Source: an uncultured bacterium (GTDB taxonomy: Bacteria; Hydrogenedentota; Hydrogenedentia; Hydrogenedentales; JAEUWI01). Taken from it: 15,219 nucleotides of DNA. Every line of letters begins with the position of its first letter. Within the stretch, counting starts at the first letter, position 1. The notes beneath the pieces are model-generated. The model was given only the letters and a program-made list of their open reading frames with translations. It searched no databases and was not told the origin of the DNA. The position numbers and the translations under genes are program-made. Below are positions 7,197 to 15,207 of this stretch, piece after piece. The DNA is taken from assembly GCA_963977445.1 (NCBI GenBank), contig CAXBPH010000167.1, forward strand, positions 1 through 15,219, read 5' to 3'.

Positions 7197-8863
7197 TTCA
7201 AGTTCTCCTGGTTGTTCAACGACCAATCATAGTCGAGCCATTCAATGGTGGGGCGTTTTCCGGAATGAAGCTCTTCGGCCAGTTCAGGGGCATAACGCGC
7301 CGCGTAGTCCAAAACACTATTTTCGACCTGTTCAAAGTCGCCGCCATACCATTCGTAGAGCGATGTCAGGTGGAGCGTATCATCGCCGGGGTCGCGCTGA
7401 AACCAGCGGGAGCCATTCCGATGCACAATTTCGGCCTGATTGGCGAGTTGCTCCTTAATGTGCGCGGCGGCATACGCTTCAGCACGGAGGGGCGGGCAGC
7501 CCACGGCGGCGCAGACCAGGGCGAAGTGGATATTGGGCTCCTGGAACTTCGGACGGATCTGCTCGTGCTCGATCTGGCTCAAGCTCCAGGTGTTCCCCGC
7601 CACCTTCCAGCGCACGTCGTCCCAACGCTTGTCGGCGGGAATATCGCGTATAGAACCGATATCTTTGTCCAGCCATTCCACAATCAGGTCAAGGGTGAAC
7701 GCGTTGTAGGCGTTTATCAGGAAAGCCAGTTTCTCGTCGCGCCCCATCTCGTCGAAAGGGGCCGTAGCCAGGGAGGCGACATAGGCATGGAGGGCATCCG
7801 TATCTGTTTTCAAACCATGGTAGTCGACCCCGCCGTTTCCATTCACATATTTTTTGAGCAGGGCGTCGAACGTCGAATGATCGAATTTCGCGCTGTCTCC
7901 GTTGGCCGCGTAGGCCTCGTTCAGGGCTACGGCCGGCGGCCCGAAGAGCGATTCGATCCACGACGGCCGAAACTGAAGTACCCCGACGGCCGCCAGAATA
8001 ACGATAGCCAAGAAGGCGTTTGTCAGCGTACCGATCCATGGATTTCGGGTGGGCGCTACCTGCGCTTCCGTTTCTTCCGGCGGGGCAGGGGATTCGAGGT
8101 CGGCCTGCTCCTTGATCGCGTTGCGGGCCAGTTTAGTGACATAAATCGTAACGGCGACGGTGGCCGCCAGGCCGACAATCAACAAGGCCCACTGGCCCGG
8201 CCCCCGTGCGGCACCCGAGCCGCCAATAGCCCCAAGGCTGGCACGGCTTGCATAGCCGAAATAGACATACATGAAGGTGCCGGGAAGTATCGATACCGCA
8301 CTGGCGAGGATGCAGGGCCAGAAGCGGATGGCGGTCAGGCCGTAGAGATAGTTCTGCAGGTTGAAGGGAACCGCGGGCGAGAGGCGCAATAGCGCCACGA
8401 TCTTCCATCCACCCTTACCCACGGCGCGGTCTATCGCGGTGAAGCGGGGATTGTGCTTGAAGCGCCGCTCGACCGCTGGACGGGCCAGGTAGCGGCCAAT
8501 AAGAAAGGTCGCGGCCATTCCGAGCGTAGCGCCCGTCGCCACAACAAGTGTTCCCGTGAACAGCCCGAAGAGGGCGCCGGCGGCCAGCGAGAGCAGCGAG
8601 GCGGGCAACATAAACACCGTGACCACGAAATAGGCGCCGATAAAGGCGAAAGGGGCGAGGGGCCCGAGCTGCTCCACCCAGGCGATCAATGACTCGATAG
8701 CCTGTGCGGCAGGGAGGAGGCGAAGTAACGCCAGAATTCCGAGCACTATGATCACCTGCGACAGGCGCTTTATACGCGTTGTGGCTTTGGAATGCTCCGA
8801 GTGGCGGTCAGCCGCGGGGGCCGCCGCGCCCTTTTTCTCGGTTCTGTTTGTGTCTAGATTCAT
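7193..8863 (-). CDS. TVP38/TMEM64 (VTT, DedA superfamily) membrane domain fused to DUF547 domain
   Basis: N-half: AAGALFG, GRYLAR and LLRLSPAVPFNLQNYLYGL. C-half: GGVDY, LAFLINAYNAFT, IEHEQIR and IHFALVCAAVGCPPL. AGGAGG RBS. Confidence 0.9.
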   Translation of the reverse strand: MNLDTNRTEKKGAAAPAADRHSEHSKATTRIKRLSQVIIVLGILALLRLLPAAQAIESLIAWVEQLGPLAPFAFIGAYFVVTVFMLPASLLSLAAGALFGLFTGTLVVATGATLGMAATFLIGRYLARPAVERRFKHNPRFTAIDRAVGKGGWKIVALLRLSPAVPFNLQNYLYGLTAIRFWPCILASAVSILPGTFMYVYFGYASRASLGAIGGSGAARGPGQWALLIVGLAATVAVTIYVTKLARNAIKEQADLESPAPPEETEAQVAPTRNPWIGTLTNAFLAIVILAAVGVLQFRPSWIESLFGPPAVALNEAYAANGDSAKFDHSTFDALLKKYVNGNGGVDYHGLKTDTDALHAYVASLATAPFDEMGRDEKLAFLINAYNAFTLDLIVEWLDKDIGSIRDIPADKRWDDVRWKVAGNTWSLSQIEHEQIRPKFQEPNIHFALVCAAVGCPPLRAEAYAAAHIKEQLANQAEIVHRNGSRWFQRDPGDDTLHLTSLYEWYGGDFEQVENSVLDYAARYAPELAEELHSGKRPTIEWLDYDWSLNNQENLN

Positions 8864-8914
8864 CAGGCAAATGTCCTCCTGGTTAAATAGGAAATATTAT
8901 TATGGACCTGGTTG

Positions 8915-9898
8915 TCAGGCGATCGCACCACTGCAGGACGAGCCGCAGCCGGCGGTACAGGCGAAACAGTGCTCGTCCGTGGCCACCCGCCGCGTGCGGA
9001 ATTCCTCCGGGTTGAAATCGACGACGTTGCCGCCGCCTTGGGCGGGGAGTCCGAGGGCAAAATTGAAGTCACAGTCGTACAAGGTACCGTCCCAGCCGAC
9101 GTGCAATTGATGCCGACACATCAAACCGTCGATGGTGTCGGGGTTAAATGCGTTGCGCAGGAGCGCCTGATAGGGCTTTGCGGTGCCTGCCCGGGCCAGG
9201 TCCTGAATGAATCGGCCAATCGGCATGTTGGTGATGGTGTAAAGCTTGTTGAATCGGATACCGAACTCGGAATGAAGCGCTTCTCGGTACGCACTTTCGA
9301 GGGCTTCCTGTTCGGGCGGCAAGCTCGGTCCCCCGGGGTTGTACACGAGATCAAGCTGCTTGTCGTGACCCTTGCCATAACCCAAGGCGTTGAGTTGCTG
9401 AATGACGGTGATGCTGTCGCGGTACACATGTCGGCCCCGTTGTTTATCCACATTGTTGGGCAGGTAGCAGGGCAATGACGCCACGAGATGAATTGAACGC
9501 TCCGCGAGGAAGTCCGTCATACCGGCGTATTCGGGTTGGAGGTGGATGGTCAGATTCGTTCGCAGGATGACATGGAGTCCCTGGCGGATGGCCCCATCCA
9601 CGAATTCGCAAAAATGGGGATGCATTTCCGGTGCCCCTCCCGTGATGTCCAGGGTGTGGCTACCTGCTCGCCGGGCAGCCACGAGGACCGCCTGCATGGT
9701 GCTCCAGGACATGGCCTCTTCGCGTTTGGGCGAAGATTCCACATGGCAGTGCCGGCAGGCGAGGTTACACTTCAGCCCGATATTTACCTGGACCGTATCC
9801 AGGGAAGCGCCGCTGAGCATCTCACCCGTGGCCTCCTGTACGCGGTACAGGAAGGATTGCTCTTCAACTTTGGTTCTTTCGGCCAGCGCAGCGCGCAT
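8915..9898 (-). CDS. arsS: ArsS-family radical SAM protein with Cys-rich C-terminal DUF3641 domain (Cys, not Sec, form)
   Basis: CNLACRHC, DITGGAPE, ASLPCY, VDKQRG, LVYNP, ITNMPIGRF, MCR, YDCDFN and C-terminal HCFACTAGCGSSC. Start moved to ATG 9898 using the GAGGAG RBS (9904-9909). Confidence 0.9.
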   Translation of the reverse strand: MRAALAERTKVEEQSFLYRVQEATGEMLSGASLDTVQVNIGLKCNLACRHCHVESSPKREEAMSWSTMQAVLVAARRAGSHTLDITGGAPEMHPHFCEFVDGAIRQGLHVILRTNLTIHLQPEYAGMTDFLAERSIHLVASLPCYLPNNVDKQRGRHVYRDSITVIQQLNALGYGKGHDKQLDLVYNPGGPSLPPEQEALESAYREALHSEFGIRFNKLYTITNMPIGRFIQDLARAGTAKPYQALLRNAFNPDTIDGLMCRHQLHVGWDGTLYDCDFNFALGLPAQGGGNVVDFNPEEFRTRRVATDEHCFACTAGCGSSCSGAIA

Positions 9899-9934
9899 AG
9901 TGACTCCTCTCTTATGTTTTGATTGATTACGCTT

Positions 9935-9966
9935 ATGAGTCGTCACGGGGTAGTACTTTCTTACAC
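9935..9966 (-). promoter_or_regulatory. Putative ECF sigma promoter GTGTAAGAA-N13-GACGACTCAT for the arsS operon
   Basis: Same boxes as 2894-2924; the -10 box ends about 36 nt upstream of the arsS ATG. Confidence 0.65.
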
Positions 9967-10113
9967 GGTAACCCGCAGCAATACCAGTAATTACCGCAAC
10001 ACGTTGCACTGCGGGCCTTTAGAGTAGCCATAATCACCGACGGCGTTGGACGATACCCACGAAAGAAGTAACCGGTCCCACAGCGCGCTAACGACAGTAG
10101 CCGATCGAAGGAC

Positions 10114-10145
10114 TTGACTCCGTAGTGGGGTACGGGGTGTATAGT
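10114..10145 (+). promoter_or_regulatory. MerR-type operator/promoter
   Basis: TTGACT-20 nt-TATAGT with dyad CCGTA-N6-TACGG in the elongated spacer, the same dyad as in classical mer operators. Confidence 0.9.
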
Positions 10146-10176
10146 CCTTTTAGTGAAACGAAAAGGAGCACAAAAG

Positions 10177-10581
10177 ATGGAGTCAATGACTATAGGAAAA
10201 ATTGCCCGCTTTGCGGAAGTTGGCGTGGAGACTGTCCGATTCTACGAGCGAGAAGGCCTCATTGCGGTGCCACCCCGCAGAGAGTCTGGCTACCGCCAAT
10301 ATCCTGTGGAGACGGTTTCTCGGATTCGCTTTATAAAGCACGCGAAGGAACTCGGGTTCACGCTCAAGGAAATAAAGGATCTTCTCTCACTTCAAATTGA
10401 CTCCGAAGCAACCTGCGAGGATGTTCGAACTCGGGCCGAATGCAAGATTGCAGCTATCGAAAGCAAAATACGAACACTTAGGCGGATGAAGGCGGCATTG
10501 AAAGAATTGACAAAGGCGTGTGACGGACGCTCGCCGGTTATTGAATGTCCGATTCTTATGGCGTTGGACTTGGAGGAATAG
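10177..10581 (+). CDS. merR: MerR-family Hg(II)-responsive transcriptional regulator
   Basis: HTH TIGKIARFAEVGVETVRFYEREGL, SGYRQY, LGFTLKEI and three ligand Cys (TCEDVR, ACDG, ECPIL). AGGAG RBS before ATG 10177. Confidence 0.92.
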   Translation: MESMTIGKIARFAEVGVETVRFYEREGLIAVPPRRESGYRQYPVETVSRIRFIKHAKELGFTLKEIKDLLSLQIDSEATCEDVRTRAECKIAAIESKIRTLRRMKAALKELTKACDGRSPVIECPILMALDLEE

Positions 10582-10583
10582 GT

Positions 10584-11540
10584 ATGAACCGTATAGAGAA
10601 AGAAGAACCCCGCGGCAAAGGAGACGACAAGACGGCACACCGAGGCCAAGGCTCGGGGCGCATCAGTGTGGGCGCTGTCGCGCAGGTCGGTGCCCTGGCG
10701 TCGGCCATCGTCGCGTCGGCCTGTTGTTGGCTGCCGCTGTTACTAATCGCCTTTGGCGTTTCCGGCGGCGCGTTATCCGCAACCTTCGAAGCGTGGCGAC
10801 CGGTGTTCCTGCCGGTAACCTTCGCGCTTCTGGCCTTCGCCTTCAATTTCACCTACCGGAAGCCCAACGCGGCGTCTACGGGCGGAAGCGCTATGGCAGG
10901 AAAATCATGCTGCGCGGTACCCGCCGGCGATGTGGAGGTGGAGTCCTGCTGTCCACCAGAAAATGCAACAGGCTTTACCATCAAGAAATTCAACAAAATC
11001 ATACTCTGGGGCGTAACCGTTTTCGTTGTTGCCTTCGCGTTCTTTCCCAACTATGTGGGCGCAGTGCTGGGTGGAAGTGGAAACGCGCTTGCGGCCCGTG
11101 AGGATTTGGATAAGGTCGCTGTGAGCATCGAAGGCATGACCTGCGAGGCCTGCGCGGTAACCATCGGAAAGGCCCTGCGCGCCGTTCCAGGCGTCGCGGA
11201 CACTGAAGTGAGCTTTGAAAAGGGCGAGGCACTGATCGGCGTCCCGAAGGGATCCAAAATCCCTCAGCCAGAGATTTTGGCCGCCATATCAGGCACCGGA
11301 TACTCTGGTCATTTCGTTGACCAGATGCATTGGGAACTCGCCGTTGAAGGCATGACGTGCCAGGGCTGCGAGTCCCTAATCGCGAGCAGTTTGCTTGAGA
11401 CGCCAGGTGTGCAAGGAGTTTCTGTGAACCATGAGACTGGACGCGCAACAGTCACATCCAATGATGCATTAACAGAAGAAGCCCTGTACAAGGCGGTAAA
11501 GACTGCGGGTTTCATCCTTACAACAGTAATCCAAAAATAA
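10584..11540 (+). CDS. merT: MerT-family mercuric transporter fused to two HMA (MerP-like) domains
   Basis: TM1 ASACCWLP, three TM helices, a loop with KSCC and ESCC, then GMTCEAC and GMTCQGC HMA domains. GGAGG RBS before ATG 10584. Confidence 0.85.
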   Translation: MNRIEKEEPRGKGDDKTAHRGQGSGRISVGAVAQVGALASAIVASACCWLPLLLIAFGVSGGALSATFEAWRPVFLPVTFALLAFAFNFTYRKPNAASTGGSAMAGKSCCAVPAGDVEVESCCPPENATGFTIKKFNKIILWGVTVFVVAFAFFPNYVGAVLGGSGNALAAREDLDKVAVSIEGMTCEACAVTIGKALRAVPGVADTEVSFEKGEALIGVPKGSKIPQPEILAAISGTGYSGHFVDQMHWELAVEGMTCQGCESLIASSLLETPGVQGVSVNHETGRATVTSNDALTEEALYKAVKTAGFILTTVIQK

Positions 11541-11674
11541 TCGCAGAGATGTACTTCAAGAGATATGAAAAGGAAATCGAAATGAAGCTCAAGCCGGTAA
11601 TTAGAGGGATAATTGTGCTGGCGGGCATTTGAAGCCGTTTACACGACGTATCGCGGCAGAAATGGAAAAAACAT

Positions 11675-13120
11675 ATGACGAATTCATGCTGTTCAACTGA
11701 AGAGACTTCCTGCGATGCGTCGCAGAAGCATTTGGTAATCATAGGCGGTGGCTCGGCCGCGTTTGCTGCGGCCATCAAGGCGTCCTCACTGGGCGCAAAG
11801 GTCACACTCATCAATGAGGGTCTGCCCATTGGCGGCACGTGCGTCAATGTGGGCTGTATTCCGTCCAAGGCCATGATTCGCGCCGCTGAAGCGCATTACC
11901 ATGCGTCACATCCCCGTTTTGATGGAATCACCTCGACAGGCCAGGTTACAGACTTTGGCGCAGTCACAGCGCAAACACGACATCTCGTGGAGGAACTGCG
12001 CCAGAAGAAATATCTCGATGTTGTGGCGGACCTTCCTGATTTTCGGATGGTACAAGGGCGTGCCCGCTTGGTAAACGAGAGGACAGTCGCGGTAAACGGC
12101 GAGCAAATCAGTGCCGACCGAATCCTCCTGGCTACGGGGGTCTCGACGCAGTTACCGTCCGTTGAAGGCCTGGCGGATTCGGGCTACCTAACCAACGAAA
12201 CGCTCTTCGAGCTGAACGAATTGCCCGAGTCTGTAATCGTCCTCGGTGGCCGGTATATCGCGCTGGAACTCGGTCAGATGTTGCAACGTCTGGGCAGCAA
12301 GGTCACGATTCTCCAGCGGTCGAAACGGATTATTCCGGACGAAGCACAGGAGCTCACCGATACCCTTACCGAATTCCTCCGCGATGAAGGCATCAAGATT
12401 GAAACGGGTGTTCACATAGACCACGTGCGTCGAGACAAGGGCCGCGTGGCCATTGAGGCGCAGGTGGATGGCGAGGCCCGCCTGTTCACCGCGAGTCATC
12501 TTCTTGTGGCCACGGGCCGTCGCGCGAACACGCAGGACATGGGACTTGAGGCGCTCGGAGTAGCACTCGACGCCAATGGACATGTGATTGTTTCGGACGC
12601 GCTGGAGACCAATGCTCCGACGATCTATGCCGCGGGCGATGTCGTTGGAGAACCCTTGTATGTGTACACCGCCGCGTATGAGGGTGCCCTGGCGGCAGAA
12701 AATGCGCTGACCGACGCTTCGCGAAAACGGGACTACACCGCGCTGCCCTGGGTTATGTTCACTGATCCACAGGTTGCGGGTGTCGGCCTTGACGAGAAAC
12801 AAGCCGAGCAACTGGGCATTCAAGCCGAGGCCACAACGCTTCCCCTCGACCAAGTGCCGCGATGCGTGGCAGCCCGCGACACCCGAGGTTTCGTTACCCT
12901 CATCAGGGAGGTTCCCACAGACAAGATTATAGGCGCTCGAATTCTCGCGCCTGAAGGCTCGGAGTTGACCATGGAAATCAGCTTGGCCATCAAATACGGG
13001 GTTACCGCCACCGAGCTAGCGAGTTCGTTTCATCCCTATTTGACGCTTTCCGAAGCAATCAAGCTCGCGGCCATCACGTTTAGGAAAGATGTTGGCAAAC
13101 TGAGTTGCTGCGCCGTATGA
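11675..13120 (+). CDS. merA: Mercury(II) reductase lacking the NmerA domain
   Basis: GGGSAAFAAA, GGTCVNVGCIPSK, YVYTAA, FTDPQVA, FHPYLT and C-terminal LSCCAV vicinal Cys pair; lies in a merR-merT operon. Confidence 0.95.
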   Translation: MTNSCCSTEETSCDASQKHLVIIGGGSAAFAAAIKASSLGAKVTLINEGLPIGGTCVNVGCIPSKAMIRAAEAHYHASHPRFDGITSTGQVTDFGAVTAQTRHLVEELRQKKYLDVVADLPDFRMVQGRARLVNERTVAVNGEQISADRILLATGVSTQLPSVEGLADSGYLTNETLFELNELPESVIVLGGRYIALELGQMLQRLGSKVTILQRSKRIIPDEAQELTDTLTEFLRDEGIKIETGVHIDHVRRDKGRVAIEAQVDGEARLFTASHLLVATGRRANTQDMGLEALGVALDANGHVIVSDALETNAPTIYAAGDVVGEPLYVYTAAYEGALAAENALTDASRKRDYTALPWVMFTDPQVAGVGLDEKQAEQLGIQAEATTLPLDQVPRCVAARDTRGFVTLIREVPTDKIIGARILAPEGSELTMEISLAIKYGVTATELASSFHPYLTLSEAIKLAAITFRKDVGKLSCCAV

Positions 13121-13245
13121 ACGGAGATAAGGGAGTGACATGAGCAATTCAGATTCGCCAAAAAGCGAAATTTCCCCGTTCGAGGTCGGCCCATTGTCCG
13201 CCAGAAGAGAACGGGGTCGGTTACAACCATAAGGAGAATTGAACT

Positions 13246-13413
13246 ATGAACAGACGATTTATGCTGGCCGTGATACTCGCGGCACCCCTGTCTCTGGGCG
13301 GATCGGCCGTTATCTCTCATTCGGAATCCGGCGCTTCCAACGGTGCGACCACCTATATCTGTCCGGTTACGGGCGGGATACTGCCTTGTCCGGACTGCTG
13401 TGTGTTGAAGTAA
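13246..13413 (+). CDS. 55-aa secreted Cys-rich peptide (not in ORF track)
   Basis: AAGGAG RBS at 13231-13236. Translation MNRRFMLAVILAAPLSLGGSAVISHSESGASNGATTYICPVTGGILPCPDCCVLK*, i.e. a signal peptide plus C-x8-C-x2-CC tail. Confidence 0.75.
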   Translation: MNRRFMLAVILAAPLSLGGSAVISHSESGASNGATTYICPVTGGILPCPDCCVLK

Positions 13414-13430
13414 CGAAGACGTGCGAAAAC

Positions 13431-13459
13431 GACGCCGGGACGTCATGCGTCCCGGCGTC
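13431..13459. terminator. Perfect 12-bp hairpin between convergent genes, probable terminator
   Basis: gacgccgggacg-tcatg-cgtcccggcgtc, followed by GUUUU on the minus (porin) strand. Confidence 0.75.
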
Positions 13460-13549
13460 CTCCACGGTGTTCCCATTCCAGAATCGCTTCGCGCCGGACT
13501 CTTCCCTTGGTCACCAGGCGGAAACCGAATACCGCCACGAGCCGCCCTA

Positions 13550-14995
13550 TCAAAAGGCCAACTGAAAACGGGTCTGGAAGATATTCAGGTCGCCGTCATA
13601 AACATCGCTGTCAATATTGGCATGAACATAATTCCACATAATCCGGGTATTTGGATTGAGGTACCAGTTGAGTCCGACCGTGACGTTATCTTCCTCGCCG
13701 CCATGAATCTGGTTGTTTCGCTCAAAGGCGCGATCCAGGATGCTGTTACGCCCGTCGTTCAGGTCGATGGTCGAATAGCGTAGGGCCACCTCCCAGGCGC
13801 CCCAGCCCCGGTTCTCCCCGTGGAGTTTGAAATTCCTGTTCGGTGTAATTCCGCCGAAGGCACCGCTGGCGTTCTTGTAGGACCGATTTTCGCCAGTCAA
13901 CAGGTAGCTAGTCTGAAGATAATACCCATCGAATTCGCGGTTGCCTGCATGGCGCGTGTTTATATCGTTGTAGTAATACTCTCCCTGCACCGAAAAGGGG
14001 CCGTAGACCAGAGCGGTCTCCAGGACGATGGAGTCCAGATCTTTCACGTCGAACTCGCCAGTATCGACAACGTGGCCCGCACTGTGGGCCTCCGGCCGCT
14101 GCCGGATACGGATGGTATCGCCCGGATTTCGGTGGGTATAGGATGCGCCAAGGTGGAGTAGTTTCCGACCGTCTACGGCATACCAAGGCAGGCCAGTAAC
14201 GCGGATTGTTCCGCTGTAACCGCCGTCATCCTTGCTGCTCCCGAAGTCATCGGAAGTGCGGAAGAAACCCAGCGCGGCGGTCATCCGTTCCCGATTCTTC
14301 TCTCCGAGAAAGGCCCGATGAATCATGACGCCCGAATTGCGCGACGGGGCGAAAACACCTGGCAGGGCGCGCTCCATAAAGGTGATATATTTCGAACTGG
14401 TCAATTCTTCCAGACTGAAGGGTTCCTTAAAGTGACCTATTTGAATGTTTCCGACCAGCGGCGCATTGGCGAGCTCCAGGTATACATCTTTGAAGTCCGC
14501 GTCACCGCCGGCAAAATCATATTGGGCCTTGAAATTGATGTTCTCGTATATCGTCCCGGATAGATAGAGGCGCGAGCGGCGGAATTCCGAGCCATCTTTC
14601 TGGTCGGCCATGCGCTTAAGGGAGCGGTCTTGATCAAACCAAAACCAGTCATTTTGAATCCGGCCGCCAATTTTGAGCTTGGTCTCTCCGTCGGTCGTTT
14701 CCATGTTCAGGCCGTTTTTCCAGAAGACCCGAAAGTCATTGGGTTCCGGAGTACTTCCCACGGTCACCCTGTTTTCAAGGGCTTCCACGCGGTCGTTGAG
14801 CGGGGCCTCCGGCTGCTCTGCCCTCGGCGTTGCCACCTTTTCTTCGAGGGCCGAGACTCGTTCCTTCAGTGCTTCGATCACGCCCATCATCTCTTTCTCG
14901 CGGTCCGTAAGCTCCTGCGTATAGGCCGAAATGGATACCAACGCGAGCAGCAGCGCACAAGACGCCGATATTCCAATTCGTTTGATGGATTTCAT
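13550..14995 (-). CDS. OprO/OprP-family (phosphate/anion-selective) porin
   Basis: Signal peptide and short coiled coil, then GGRIQND, EFRRSRLYLSG, GHFKEPFSLEELTSSKYITFMER, GAWEVALRYS, GLNWYLNPN and C-terminal Phe. Start moved to ATG 14995 (MKSIKR). Confidence 0.9.
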   Translation of the reverse strand: MKSIKRIGISASCALLLALVSISAYTQELTDREKEMMGVIEALKERVSALEEKVATPRAEQPEAPLNDRVEALENRVTVGSTPEPNDFRVFWKNGLNMETTDGETKLKIGGRIQNDWFWFDQDRSLKRMADQKDGSEFRRSRLYLSGTIYENINFKAQYDFAGGDADFKDVYLELANAPLVGNIQIGHFKEPFSLEELTSSKYITFMERALPGVFAPSRNSGVMIHRAFLGEKNRERMTAALGFFRTSDDFGSSKDDGGYSGTIRVTGLPWYAVDGRKLLHLGASYTHRNPGDTIRIRQRPEAHSAGHVVDTGEFDVKDLDSIVLETALVYGPFSVQGEYYYNDINTRHAGNREFDGYYLQTSYLLTGENRSYKNASGAFGGITPNRNFKLHGENRGWGAWEVALRYSTIDLNDGRNSILDRAFERNNQIHGGEEDNVTVGLNWYLNPNTRIMWNYVHANIDSDVYDGDLNIFQTRFQLAF

Positions 14996-15138
14996 CTTCT
15001 CTTCCTCTCGTTCATTCATTGTGTGGCGCAGGGCGCAAAGACGTCCGCCGTAGGGTTCGAGCCGGGCATCGGGAACCGGTTTCGTCCTATCCAAACGCGG
15101 GTTCTTGTCATTACCCATAAGTAATATCACGCATTATG

Positions 15139-15207
15139 CTACATACTCAGTCCCGTAGGGACGCCATATCGTAGATAGAATGAGAAGGCCGGCTCCTCGC
15201 GGAGTCG
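15139..15207. repeat. REP-like palindromic elements
   Basis: gtccc-gta-gggac (15150-15162) flanked by ctac/gtag, and cggctcc-tcgc-ggagtcg (15190-15207). Confidence 0.3.

Noticed and set aside
7265..8392. Long antisense ORF (375 aa) and other shadow ORFs over real genes
   Set aside because: Expected by-product of GC-rich codon usage on the opposite strand; no domain motifs.
8915..8970. Selenocysteine in the ArsS C-terminus
   Set aside because: The GSSC position is encoded as Cys and the TGA follows the complete motif.
2657..13223. Alternative promoter motif TGTC(C/G)..GT(T/C) at 2657-2684, 10069-10096 and 13195-13223
   Set aside because: Short, degenerate and variably spaced; compatible with chance, unlike the TGTAAGA/CGACT motif.
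13140..13232. 30-aa ORF MSNSDSPKSEISPFEVGPLSARRERGRLQP after merA
   Set aside because: It has an RBS-like sequence but no recognisable features; it cannot be supported as a gene.
15000..15135. Riboswitch in the porin leader
   Set aside because: No recognisable aptamer consensus by eye; an Rfam scan would be needed.
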